NCBI GenBank assembly: GCA_964016885.1
Contig: OZ024743.1
Span: 168,330,001 to 168,394,000 of the forward strand
Direction: 5' to 3'
DNA from: Eledone cirrhosa
Taxonomy: Eukaryota
Length of the DNA: 64,000 nucleotides
Below, one piece after another: positions 44,240-60,489 of this stretch; positions within the stretch are counted from its first letter, which is position 1, and each line of letters starts with the position of its first letter. A program made the position numbers and the translations under genes. The notes under the pieces are model-generated. The model had not been told where the DNA came from and searched no databases. It saw only the letters and a program-made list of their open reading frames with translations.

Positions 44240-44344
44240 GGTATAGAAATTCTTTTAGCGAGAAGCTAATAATATTCTATAACATATATATAGTATTCTA
44301 TAACATATATATAGTATATATAATAGTATTCTATATACATATAT

Positions 44345-45633
44345 ATATATAAATGTTTATATATACATAAACATAAAGTCATAGATATATATGTTGCAAC
44401 CGGTCCCGTTGTAGCTCTATGAAGAATTAATAAATTAAATAATCAGAGCAACATATCATAAATCATGTCCTTAGAATTATTAGATAAAATATATACCATT
44501 TCCTCTCCCAATTAGCATAAATAATCATATAAAAAATCAATTAGACCAAGCAATAAGAATAAAGGCTCTTATGAAGAAATTTCCGACAAATAACCGAAAG
44601 CGGCCTCTTCGCGGTGGCCCCAATAGAGTATTTATCCAACATTTCGACAGCGTGTAGAAACTGACTAAATATACCACCAACCATACACAATTAGGTGCAA
44701 ATTCAAACTTAGAAGAAATGTGTACATAGCGTAATTATATCTCTACCATGGTTTCATCCGTATTTTTAGACATCCAGTTAATAGGAGTCTGGAGAATCGG
44801 ATTCATCAGGAGACAAACTCAAAATTAGACATTTAGTTTTCCAAAGTGATCGCGCCAAAAATAGATTCAAAAATGGCTAAGAATCGTGACGTGGCAGTGG
44901 TCAAGTTAGAAAGAATGTGATTAGTTGCTTACGGCGGGTAGGCTTGTTGCTAGAAAGCGCAGCAAAATATCGCCCAATTGTATCTCAATTGCTCTGATTA
45001 TTTAATTTATTAATTCTTCATAGAGCTACAACGTGACCGGTTGCAACATATATATCTATGACTTTATGTTTATGTATATGTAAACCTTTATATTTAATAA
45101 TCTCCCGTTAGGTTCAGATACAATTGGGCGATATTTGGCTTCGCTTTCTAGCAACAAGCCTACCCGCCGTAAGCAACTAATCACATTCTTTCTAACTTGA
45201 CCACTGCCACGTCACGATTCTTAGCCATTTTTGAATCTATTTTTGGAGCGATCACTTTGGAAAACTAAATGTCTAATTTTGAGTTTGTCTCCTGATGAAT
45301 CCGATACTCCAGACATATCCGATTAATTGGATGTCTAAAAATACGGATGAAACCATAGTAGAGATATAATTACGGTATGTACACATTTCTTCTAATTGTG
45401 TATGGTTGATGGTATATTTAGTCAGTTTCTACACGCTGTCGAAATGTTGGATAAATACTCTATTGGGGCCACCGCGAAGAGGCCGCTTTCGGTTATTTGT
45501 CGGAAATTTCTTCATAACAGCCTTTATTCTTATAGCTTGGTCTAATTGATTTTTTATATGGTTAATTATGCTAATTGGGAGAGGAAATGGTATATATTTT
45601 ATCTAATAATTCTAAGGACATGATTTATGATAT
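44345..45633. mobile_element. Fold-back of an about 645-nt non-coding HHR unit
   Basis: HHRs at 44739-44814 (-; GTCTC-CTGATGA-ATCCG...CGGAT-GAAA-CCATGG-TA-GAGAT) and 45287-45365 (+). Confidence 0.85.
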
Positions 45634-45767
45634 ATATATATATATATACATATATATATACATATATATAAATATATATATATACATATATATAAATATA
45701 TATATATAAATATATATAAATATATATATATACATATATATAAATATATATATCTACATATATATAA

Positions 45768-45913
<146 letters not shown>

Positions 45914-46211
45914 CATATATATATATATACACATATATATATATACATATATACATATTTATATATATATATATATATATACATATATATATTGGTAAAC
46001 GGAATAGAAAATGCTGACAAATTATTCACAGTTGAAAAATGGTTTAATTAGGAATAAAAGAGTATTAGTAATTGTATGGGTTAGTATTCAGTTGTGGTTT
46101 TAAGTTTTTAAGTTTTTACCGGTTGCGCATTTCTAAATGCTTTTCAAAAATAATTTTGAGATAGAGTGTCCGTGTTGTTTGCTCTGATCTGATTAGTTTT
46201 GGGAATTCTAC

Positions 46212-46455
46212 CTGTTTTTATGTTAAAAAAGTGGCTCCAGCGCTACAAGTGTTGCAAAAATTCTTGTGGTCAAAACAATCTTGATTGGTCGGTAGAGGTC
46301 ATGTGAATGTAAAAAATTGATTTTGCGCCAAGACTGTTTTTATGTTAAAAAAGTGGCTTCAGCGCTACTTGGTGTTTGCAAAAATTCTTGTGGTCAAAAC
46401 AATTTTGATTGGTCGGTAGAGGTCATGTGAATAAAAAATTGGTTTTGCGCCAAAG
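46212..46455. repeat. Two imperfect about 122-bp tandem copies
   Basis: ctgtttttatgttaaaaaagtggc...ttttgcgccaa occurs twice. Confidence 0.8.
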
Positions 46456-46965
46456 ATTGAGAAATGACTCTTTCACAACAAATATGTGTGTGTGTGTGTG
46501 TCGTAGTAGTAAGGTGTTCGATGTTGTGATAATGGTTAGCAGGGATGTGTGTCAAATGGCTTTTAAGATAAGTGTGTGTGTGTGTGTGTATAGCAGAGTA
46601 ATTCGTGGTAGCAGGGATGGTCAGTAAGAATGTGTCTGAAAGCAATGGGGGGTATTTTAGCATGTCAAAAGAAATTTTTCAGCTTTTGTCTTATACGGAG
46701 AAGTGCGTGTGTGTGTGTGTGTGTGTGTAAGTCTCTTTGTATGTTAATGTACGCGTGTGTATGTGTGTGTGTATATATATGTGTGTGTGTGTGTGTCAGA
46801 ATGTGTGTGTGTGTGGGTGGACCAGTATTTTTTTCCCCCTGGTAAAATGGTGTACATTATTCGATTTTTTCAGTAAAATCGGTTCTCTTAATGGAACATC
46901 AAAAATCTTAACAATAAAAGGTGTGAAATGATATTCACTATATATATATATACACATACATATAT

Positions 46966-47021
<56 letters not shown>

Positions 47022-47138
47022 TTTTTTGTGTTGCACCATAGAGCATGTGTGTTTACGTATGTCATTGTGTTTATATGTGGGTAGAGATGTGTGCTGATGT
47101 AAGTATGTATGTTGACGTGTGTATGTTGTGGGTTCGTC

Positions 47139-49281
47139 TTAGGGAGAAGTGTTTAGACGGGGTCTGTATTTGTTAATGAAGTAAGATTCCTTGCTGATGC
47201 GCTGGGTGTGGGTGGCATTATCTTTAAATTTGTAGAGGGTAAAGATTCTGAAGTTGGGATGATTTTGGGCGGCACAGGTATCAATGTGTTCACTCAGTGG
47301 TATTTTCCTGTATTCCCGTATTTTAATTTGGGATCTATGGACAGTCATGCGTTGGCGGAGGCTGTTTTTGGTCTGGCCTATGTATTGTTCTCGACAACCT
47401 GAGCAAGTTAATACATATATTAGATTTTCCGATGCACATGTGAAATTGTGTGTTACTATAAAACGTTGTCCTTCTTTGAAACAGAATTCCGAACCCTCTA
47501 TTAGGTTGATGCAAATGCCACTGTTGGGTCTATCGCATATTTTTACTGTGGGTTTCGTTGTTGTGGTTGGCAGTACTTTGGCATGTGTTAGGATGTTTTT
47601 CATTGACTTGGATTGTCTTTTGCTCTTCATGATATCGTGTGTTCGTAGCATTTGGTTCATTCTATGGTCCTTTTTCAACACAGGGATGTTCTGGAGGATG
47701 GTGTCAAAGGCCTCATTGTTGAGGGGGTTGTGTGTGGAGATGTATGGAAGAGCTTTTAGTTTCGGTTGATTTACTTTAGGGTGTCTAAGGTCCTGGGTAC
47801 TGAGTTTTAGGGCACGTTGGATTCCATTGTCAATTAGTGATGCAGGGTAGTCCCTGCCTATGAGTGTGTCCTTTAGTTCTTGTAGCCGTAAGTAGCAGAT
47901 GTTTTTATTGGAGACTATAGTACAGATTCTCTTGGATAAGTTGTAGGGAATATTAATTTTAACGTGTATAGGGTGGCAAGAGTTGAAAGGGAGATATTGC
48001 TTGGAGTCTGTGGGCTTGTAGTATATGTCTGTTTCTATTCTTTTGTTATGGCTCTTAATGAGGATGTCGAGGAAGGGGGGTTGTTGATGGCTGTATTCCA
48101 TTGTGAAGTTAATATTCGTGTTGAGCCCATTTATAAGTGTGTGAAATTCTTTAAGTTTTTCGATGTTTTCGTGCCAAAGGATGAAGCAGTCATCTAGATA
48201 TCGCTTCCAGTTTCTTTCAATGTGTAAGTGGAGGGTGTTTCCAAATTTATTTAGGACTTTAGTGTAGAGGGTGATTTCCAGGTATCCCATGACTAGGTTG
48301 GCATAAGTGGGGGCTGTTTTCGTTCCCATAGCGGTCCCAGATTTCTGCCTGTAGGGTTTGTTATTGAAAACGAAGTAATTGTTCTCCAAGATAAATTTGA
48401 GTCCCTCTATCACGAATTCTTTTTTGATGCGTTGTGGGAGTTCATTGTGGAAATTATCCAGCCAGAATTGGATAGCTTCTATTCCTGTGGGGGATGTTGG
48501 AGTATAGGTTGACTACATCGAACGTCACTAGTAGGGTTTGTTCAGAAAGTGGCATATTAGGGAGGTGATTGAGCATATCTAGGTCGTTCCTTATATAGCT
48601 TTTGATGTGTTTGAGGAAGGGTTTGAGAAGGGTATCAATGAAGTTGCTAAGGCGGTTGGTTTCGCAAGCGGGGCCTTCTATTATAGGTCTTAATTTGAGA
48701 TCATTGGGTGAAGGGACATTGATGACTATGTCTGTGGCTTCCTGGTATGCCTTACTTATTGATTCGCTTTTATGTACTTTAGGGATACCGTAGAAAAGGC
48801 TGGATTTACTTGTGAAGTCTGTGATGAAGCTGAATTCCTTGTTAGTGAGTCCTTCTTTGTATTGGTTGATTAGAGTTTTTAGGTTTCTTATAATTTTCTG
48901 TTGATTGTAGTGTTCAGCCTTTTCGTAGTATGTTTCGTTTTCCAAAGTGGAAAGCGCTAAGTTGATATAGAATTCTGTCTCCATTAGGACTACTGTAATC
49001 CCTTTATCAGCCTCTTTTATTGTAATGGTTCTGTCGGTTTTTAATCTATTTAATTCTTCCCATTCTTTATTGTTGAGGTTTGGCTTGTGTTTTTGTCTGT
49101 GCAAGTGTTGGTAAGGGAAGTTTGTGATGTGTTCACAGAATTCGTCCAGGATTTTATTTCTACCTTTTGAAGGGGTGTAATTGCTTCTATTTCTGGCTAA
49201 TGATTCATCCTCATTGTACTGGTCGAATAGTTGTTCACTAAGTCGTAACTTTCTACAGAAGTCTGTGATGTCTTCCTTCAT
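47139..49281 (-). pseudogene. PLE reverse transcriptase-GIY-YIG ORF, frameshifted
   Basis: ORFs 48454-49281 and 47139-48413 are consecutive parts of one RT-EN protein. Confidence 0.85.
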
Positions 49282-50500
49282 TTCATAGTAGTTAGAACGT
49301 AGTGGGGTCGGTGTGAATTTAAGACCTTTGGAGAGTAAGTTGATAAGGTTGGGTGTTGGTTCTGCACTAGTAAGATTGATAATTTTTATTACTATCGGTT
49401 TCTCCTCCCTGTCTTGTGTTATTTTGTTTGCCTGTATCTGTGTGCTGTGTCTAAAAAATGGTTGGGGTAGAGGGGTTGTCTGCTGATGTTAAGTGGTCTC
49501 CTGTGTTTGTTATATTCCTTGTTGTTGTAAAATGTGGTTCGGGTTGGTGGTTGTAGATTGAATGGGGTGTTCCTGTACTGCGAGTATGGGTGTGTGTTTC
49601 TATGTGCCATGTTGTATTGTGGTGTTATAAGTGGCCTACGTTGTTGGTTGTATCGTGTGGTGTGGGTTTGTTGTGTATTGTGGAAGCGAGAGTTGAGAAA
49701 ATGGTAATTACCTTGCTGTCCCCTTGAAGCGGGGAAGTTGTTACATCTATCATGGTGGTGGTATCTTTTCCCTATGTTTGACGATGAGGCATCCGCGTAG
49801 TAGTTGAGTGATTTGGTATGGTGTCTCCTTGAAGGGGGAAGTTGTAAATGTCATTCTGGGGGAGATGATTTCTTGGGTTTTTGTTCCTTCTTATTGTAGC
49901 GAGGTTGGGAATTTCATCTTCGGTGTGGTGCTTCCTTCTTCGTTTGTTAGAGGCTTGGGGGTTTGAGAAGTTGTTGTGCGGTTCAGTTATGGGTTTTCCT
50001 ATTTTTATGAACGGGTTATTGGAGGTGTAATCCGTTTGAAAAGTCGATTCATAGTGTAGGAACCAAGCGGCACTTTTTCCCAGCGTTGAAGGGATTTCAG
50101 TTCTTCTCTGTTGCAGTCCCCTTTCCATAATTTGGAGATCTTCTCTACCTTGGGGCCTTCAGTTTTGTTGTTGATTTCCAGGAGGATCTCTTCATCGATG
50201 GTTTTGATTTTTTCCTCATTTGTCTGGGCCCTCAGTTTAAGAAGTTCAATTTCTGTCTTCATTTTTTCCAATGACATTCTTTCCCTAAGGTGTCTTTGAG
50301 GTTCGGGTTCATTTGGAATGGACTTTATTTGTAGTTTACTTTGGAGAGGTAGAGGGGTTGAGTTAAGCCATTTTTCATATATCTCTGCTTTGTTGTGATT
50401 TTGTATCATCTTCCAGAGTGAAAACTTTCTGTCTCTGAGGGATTTGTTCCATTTTGGAATTGTTCGAATTTTCATTTTGTATGAATCAATCTCACATGGT
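47139..50500 (-). mobile_element. Near-intact Neptune-like PLE
   Basis: LSKGLKFTPTP, IKEADKG, FYGIPKVHK, LRPII, FDVVNLYSNI, GTAMGTKTAPTYANL, RYLDD, NLIYVLTC..C..YIGQT. Frameshift near 48450-48490. Confidence 0.9.
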
Positions 50501-50510
50501 TCTTCGTTAT

Positions 50511-53712
<3,202 letters not shown>

Positions 53713-53754
53713 TATATATATATATATACATACATATATATATATTATATGTAC

Positions 53755-53785
<31 letters not shown>

Positions 53786-53794
53786 ATATATATA

Positions 53795-54878
53795 ATTAAT
53801 ACAATAACAGAGATAGTTTAAAGCTAATCTCTGACTGGTAACCATCTCACTCAACAAACATTAGGTTATATTTTAATATAAACCCAATTTAAGTGTTTGG
53901 GGTGCTAACAATATGTATTATGTGGAAAAGGCAGTTGTATTATTTTATGAGATATAAATAAAGTTAAAATATATCTCTCTTTCCAAACAATTGTTTCATT
54001 ATAAGTTTTCTACAAATTCGGAGAATGTTTCCAGTTTATGTAGAAGCCTAATATACATTCATGTAAGAATATATTTAGGTGGGCGCTTATAAATCATCAG
54101 TGGATGCCCATTAAACCTTGATATAAGAAAAACATTTCTTACCACGGTTAAAAATCATGTCCGTTAAGTTGCTCCTTCCCGCATCGAATGACCGGCAAAT
54201 TTGAAATTCCAGCAGTTTTTGACTGAGGAAGTGTTATAGCGTCACTAAGCGGGAAGGGGAGACAACTACGATCCACGAAAGGAGGAAAAAAAATAATATA
54301 CACGCGGGTTAATCAGTTTATTCGAAAACATTATCAATCCAACGTGTTAAGAACTCAATTGAAAATAAAAAAATAAATATATGCGTGTATAAATTACACA
54401 CGCATATAGATATTTTCTTAGGTTAAAATCAGAGGTTGTACCTGAATAAGAAACCGCATCTCATAACCGTAGTAAATACGGAAAGTTATGCTTTAAAGGG
54501 CAAATGGGAATGTAAATCTCCGGCCGAATTAAGAGTAAAATATAAAACACACGCGGGTTAATTAGTTATTTCAAAACTAATATCAATTCCTCGTGTAAAG
54601 AACTCAATTAATTTAAAAGAATAAATGTATGCATGTAATTATAAACATAGGCATAAATATATTTTCTTAGGCTAAAAAACAGAGAAGTTACAACCAATAA
54701 AAACCACAATATCGCACAACAGTAATAAATACGGAAAGTCAAATTTATAAGGTACCTGGAAATAAACACCTCTGGCCAATCAAGAGTAAAATATTAATAC
54801 AATAACAGAGATAGTTTAAAGCTAATCTCTGACTGGTAACCATCTCACTCAACAAACATTAGGTTATATTTTAATATA
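53795..54878 (-). mobile_element. About 998-nt non-coding HHR unit with 86-bp direct terminal repeat
   Basis: 53795-53880 matches 54793-54878. Internal about 250-bp duplication at 54295-54790. Confidence 0.75.
53982..54104 (-). ncRNA. Hammerhead with branched stem II
   Basis: Minus: TCCA-CTGATGA-TTTATAAG-[two hairpins]-CTTATAAT-GAAA-CAATTG-TT-TGGA. Confidence 0.8.
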
Positions 54879-54947
54879 TATATATATGTATATATATATA
54901 TACATAGGTTATATTTTAATATATATATATACATAGGTTATATTTTA

Positions 54948-54981
<34 letters not shown>

Positions 54982-54984
54982 CAG

Positions 54985-55046
<62 letters not shown>

Positions 55047-55786
55047 CTGATTCAGAGCACTCGACAGCTTTCTGGAGTAAATATTCAATGATATTAAATA
55101 AATGGAAACTATATTTATAAAACCATATTTCTTCAATTATATATATTTCAAGGGTACCAACATTTTGGTACGCTATCATTCAAATAAAATACAAAATGTT
55201 TTATGAATATTTGAGATGACCAAGGATAATATACCTTAACGGTTCAAGGGATTACTTGAACCGTTAGGATATATGTCAAATATTTTCATTCATATGTTCA
55301 TATTCGCAACAACGCAGCACGCCGTTTTTCATTCACATATATTTTTACCCCTCGCTGTCACCTTACTGCTATCCCCTTTCTCTTTCTCCCTTCTCTCTCA
55401 TTTACCTCTTGCTTTCTTTCACCCCAGCTGCTGGTCACACACTCTCGGCTGGCCTCTTCCTCACACTTTCACTCACTCACTATCTGCTACTCCCCCTCTG
55501 TCACTTTTCGTCATTTAATTTGTTCGAACTTAAGCCCACAAGATTCATTGACTTGTCTCTCTTTTCCTATCTTTACGTTGCATTACTACCATGTTGTTTG
55601 TTTACTTTCCTCTGTCCCGATAACTTAATTTAGTTATCGCTCGCACTTATTTTAGGTATCTAGTCTTTAATGCGAAGAAATACCAATGATAATCAGCAGA
55701 CTAATGATGATGGACATTCCTGTTTCTCGGTTTATTTTCATTTATATGTTCATACTCGCAACAACGCAGCACGCCATTTTTCATTC

Positions 55787-55818
<32 letters not shown>

Positions 55819-55939
55819 ATATATATATTTATATATATATATATATATATATGTATGTACGTATACATACATGCATACTTACATTTAAGTAAGTGCCGTA
55901 ATTAAGAGTGAGAAATGAAATTTCGTTTCATTCTATTCC

Positions 55940-56026
<87 letters not shown>

Positions 56027-56029
56027 TAT

Positions 56030-56265
56030 ACTAGTAATAAGGTAAAGAAAATGGTGACAAGTTTTTCCCAGTGAAAAATAGTTTAATTAGTAATAAGTAT
56101 TAGTTAGTATTCAGTTTTAGTTCAAAAATTAAAACTGAATACTAACTAATACTTATTACTAATTTATACTTATTCCTAATTAAACTATTTTTCACCGGGA
56201 AAAATTTGTCACCATTTTCTTTTCCATTTTACTAATATATCACAACTTGTGTGTCACACCAGTAT

Positions 56266-56270
<5 letters not shown>
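56030..56270. repeat. Fold-back of a pLTR-end family also seen at 45992-46100
   Basis: agaaaatggtgacaa...tattcagtttta is inverted around 56122. Confidence 0.65.
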
Positions 56271-56296
<26 letters not shown>

Positions 56297-56395
56297 AACG
56301 AAGGAGTTGTCGTAAGGAACCAGATGGACCATAACGCACCAGAGTACTTAATACTTAGGGTAGTCCAGAAATAGCCGTCGAAGCGACTTGAGCTC

Positions 56396-57164
56396 GTACA
56401 TATATATATGTATATATGTGCATGTATATATATATATATATATATATGCATACTACTGTACGTCTGTATACATATATGTATGTACGTATACATACTTACA
56501 TTTAAATATCAGCCGTACTAAGAGTGAGAAATGAAATTTCATTTCATTCGTTTCCATTTATCGTTTTCGGTATGCCCGGCCGACTAAATCACTCGATATG
56601 CAAATTAGGCTGCTCAGCCTTTAATATGCATAAGGAAAGTATATACTTTCAAATGTTCAATCATCTGACAGGAAGGTATACGATGCTGACGATAGCTAAT
56701 AAGCTTGAAACTAGTTCATCGTTCCTTTGTCAGTGTTGAACAAAGGGGCGACGATGGTTGCCGAACACTGTACGACTTAATTTGGGCTGTTTGTTTACAA
56801 ACAAACCGAACATTATAATAAATGTTCGGTAAACCCATACGTACATATATATATGTGTATATGTGCATGTATGTATATATATACATACTACTGTACGTCT
56901 ATATACATATATGTATGTACGTATACATACTTACATTTAAGTATCAGCCGTACTAAGAATGAGAAATTTCATTTCATTTCATTCGTTTCCATTTATATAT
57001 AGCCTAATTTGCATATCGAGTGAGTTAGTGGCCGGGCGTACCGAAAACGATAAATGGAAAAAATGAAATTTCATTTCTCACTCTTAGTACGGCTGATACT
57101 TAAATATAATTATGTATACGTACATTCATATATGTATACACACGTACAGTAGAATGTATATACA

Positions 57165-57247
<83 letters not shown>

Positions 57248-58032
57248 ACGTATGGGTTTACCGAACATTTATTATAATTCTCGGTTTGTTTGTAAACAAA
57301 CAGCCCGAATTATTAGCCGTACATTGTTCGGCAACCATCGTTGCCATTTTGTTCATCACTCACAAAGGAACGATGAACTAGTTTCTAGCTTATTAGCTAT
57401 CGTCAGCATCGTATACCTTCCCGTCAGTTGATTGAACGTTTGAAAGTATATACTTTCCTTATGCATATTAACGGCTGAGTAGCCTAATTTGCATATCGAG
57501 TGAGTTAGTGGCCGGGCGTACCGAAAACGATAAATGGAAAAAATGAAATTTCATTTCTCACTCTTAGTATGGCTGATACTTAAATAAAAGTATGTATACG
57601 TACATACATATATGTCTGCATACGTACAGTAGTATGTATATACATACATGTACACATATATATATGTACGTATAGGTTTATCGAACGTTTATTATAATGC
57701 TCGGTTTGTTTGTAAACAAACAGCCCGTATTATTAGCCGTACCGTGTTCGGCAACCATCGTTGCCATTTTGTTCAACACTGACAAAGGAACGATGAACTA
57801 GTTTCTCGCTTATTAGCTGTCATCAGCACCGTATACCTTCCTGTCAGTTGATTGAACGTTTGAAAGTATATACTTTCCTTATGTATATTAACGGCTGAGC
57901 AACCAACATGATACTTAAATATAAGTATGTATACGTACATACGATGGTTGCCGAACACTGTAAGGTTAATAATTCGGGCTGTTTGTTTACAAACAAACTG
58001 AGCATTATAATAAATGTTTGGTAAACCCATAC
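56396..58032. mobile_element. Tandem and inverted array of 420-nt retrozyme-like HHR units
   Basis: HHR ACGATG-CTGACGA-TAGC taataa GCT(T/A)-GAAA-CTAG-TT-CATCGT at 56680-56722 (+), 57370-57412 (-) and 57790-57832 (-); spacing 420. Confidence 0.85.
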
Positions 58033-58131
58033 TTTCGGTAAAGCCATACTTTCAATTTCTGCGGGGCCAGCGACCGCTCTGTAAAATCAGTTCCTGATTG
58101 TTACTGGAATTCTATAAGAATCCAACACGCA

Positions 58132-58227
58132 CAATTTTCGGCAGACGGGGAGAGTACTGAGTTTTGACAAGTACCAATTAGCACGAAACAGCGGTGTCAA
58201 CTTATCTCCCTCTGTCTGCCGAAAATT
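58132..58227 (+). ncRNA. Hammerhead, U3-A8 variant, long stem I
   Basis: AGTT-TTGACAA-GTAC caatta GCAC-GAAAC-AGCGGT-GTC-AACT, enclosed by AATTTTCGGCAGAC/GTCTGCCGAAAATT. Confidence 0.65.
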
Positions 58228-58348
58228 TAAGTAAGGGACAATGTCCCCTACTTTAAAACAATAGCGTATGGTCTTCAAAATACTTTTAATTAAGCATACA
58301 GTGTATTGCAAAATACACTATATATACATTCATATATATATATATACA

Positions 58349-58444
<96 letters not shown>

Positions 58445-58559
58445 GAACACATTGATTTTGAGGGTAGATATCGTCAACAAGTCTGGGTGTAATTCTGTTG
58501 AGAATGACGCGGGATGATATCTTATCAGCAATAGTGAGAAGGAAGATGCCACGAGACTT

Positions 58560-59060
58560 GTCGCAGATAGATTTTTGTCTTTGTTTTTGGACAGGGGGAT
58601 TATCGATATAGCTCTGAAGTCCCGAGGGACACTTTCAACTCTCCAGATCTCCAGAAACAGCTGAGCCTACGAGCCTGCTTTTACGACGATATTTGCAGAT
58701 TTCAGGTGGGATGCCATCTTTACCAGAAGCCTTATTCGATGATAGGTGCCTAATAGCAGCTTTTATTTCATTCAAGTTAGGGTTTAATGCTAATTCAGGG
58801 ATCTCCGGTCTTTGTGGAATAGATGGAATTACATCTTTATCAACCTTTATTTCTGCATTAAGGACCTTCTCAAGGTGTTCTTTCTAGCGAGTGAGATTCT
58901 CAGCTTTGTCAGTGTATATGATTGTTCCATCAGAGGAAAGAACTGAATTTTACCTGCCCTCACTTGGACTATACACCATCTTTAGACCTTTATAAAAGGC
59001 TCGCGAGTCCTTTTTATCAGCAGCTTCTTGTAGCAGTCCTCACTATTTATTCTTGCTTGA
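58560..59060 (-). mobile_element. RTE-like LINE internal fragment
   Basis: Minus translation SNKASGKDGIPPEICK...KKGDR-like motifs preceding an RT. Confidence 0.6.
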
Positions 59061-59099
59061 ACTATAACATATTACCTACAGCAAAAACAGCATTAATAA

Positions 59100-59540
59100 T
59101 AATTGTTTCTACTTTTGGAACAATTATCCAGTACATTACTGGTACTTTATTTTTGTCGACCCCGTAAGGATGAAAGGCATAGTTGACATCGGTGCAATAA
59201 TAATAATGGTTTGATTTAGGCGCAGAGTACTTTATTCTGTCGACCCCCGTAAGGCTGAAAGATAAAGCTAATCTAGATGGGATTTGAACTCAAAACGTAA
59301 AAGGATGTAACTATGCTACAAATCATGTTGTTCGACGCTCTACCGTGACGGCCAATCCACTGCGCTAAGAGCAATGATAATAATTCTTTCTAGCATTGGT
59401 ACAAGGCCAGTAATGTTATGGGAGAGGGAAGTCAATAAAATAAACCTCATTACTTGACTTGTACTTTTTTTTATGGATCCCCAAGAGAATGAGAAACAAA
59501 GTTGCCTCGGTGGGATTTGAACTCAAAACGTAAGAGCAAA
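59100..59540 (-). mobile_element. Cluster of three degenerate Deu/Nin SINE pieces
   Basis: Repeated gtactttattt..cgaccccgtaaggatgaaag..gggatttgaactc. Confidence 0.75.
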
Positions 59541-60489
59541 ATAATTTTTAAAAATCATAGAATGTCATTAAAATTAAGACCCTACAAAATTTGACAAAGA
59601 AACTAACGTCTTCTACTGATCTCCCTCTCTCTTTTACCCTTTATCTTTCTATCTTTCTCTCATTCTGTCTCTAAATCCGACAGACACACACACTAATACA
59701 CACACACTCACACACACTCATGCACACACGTACTCACACACACACACGCACACACACATTCGATCATGTGGGTGTGAGTGTGTGAAAATAAATATTCGAG
59801 CGATCGAAAGACCTCCGTCGGTTACCTGCGTGGCATCTTGGGTAAGTTTCATTTACCATACCCTGGGGTTGACCTATGTTTTCTGGGTGAAATAGGAACT
59901 GTTTGAATCCTGTTGGCTCATGTATAAATAAAGGTCCATCCTTGTCCAGCACTCTCTGTCATGCTGAATCACCCACATAATTACATAAAGGTTACATATG
60001 TATGTGGAAATCTCAGTGACTTCCACGTTAATTTCATGAACAGACTGTTCAGTTGGTCGAACAAATGAAACCCTCATTCTCGAAACAGACAGAGATCCAT
60101 TCCATTGAATTAACTACACAAGCATGACATCAACAGGTTTATCTCTAAGAGATTGGTACAAACAAACAATAGCGTTTGCCGTATGGAGTTGGCTGGACAT
60201 AACCGTAAGATATGAACTTACAAAGTAAAGGAATGCATTTATGCAGATGCTACATCGGTTCTTTCAAATCTCACTTTTAATAATTATAGAAAAGATTGTA
60301 CCTGGTAGCTATATATGTCAACTATTTAGTTTAGATCTACTATATTCTCCAGTTATTTGTTCAGCACACATTACTGTTTGAACAACTGCTAATTGCCAAA
60401 CTATACAGCTATACACACACACAGTGAGACAGATATACATGTATGTAAACATAGATACATACGCATATATATATATATATATATATATC

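Noticed and set aside
46100-46200. Minus-strand GAAATGCGCA as the HHR of the Neptune-like element
   Set aside because: No UH site, first core strand or stem I found.
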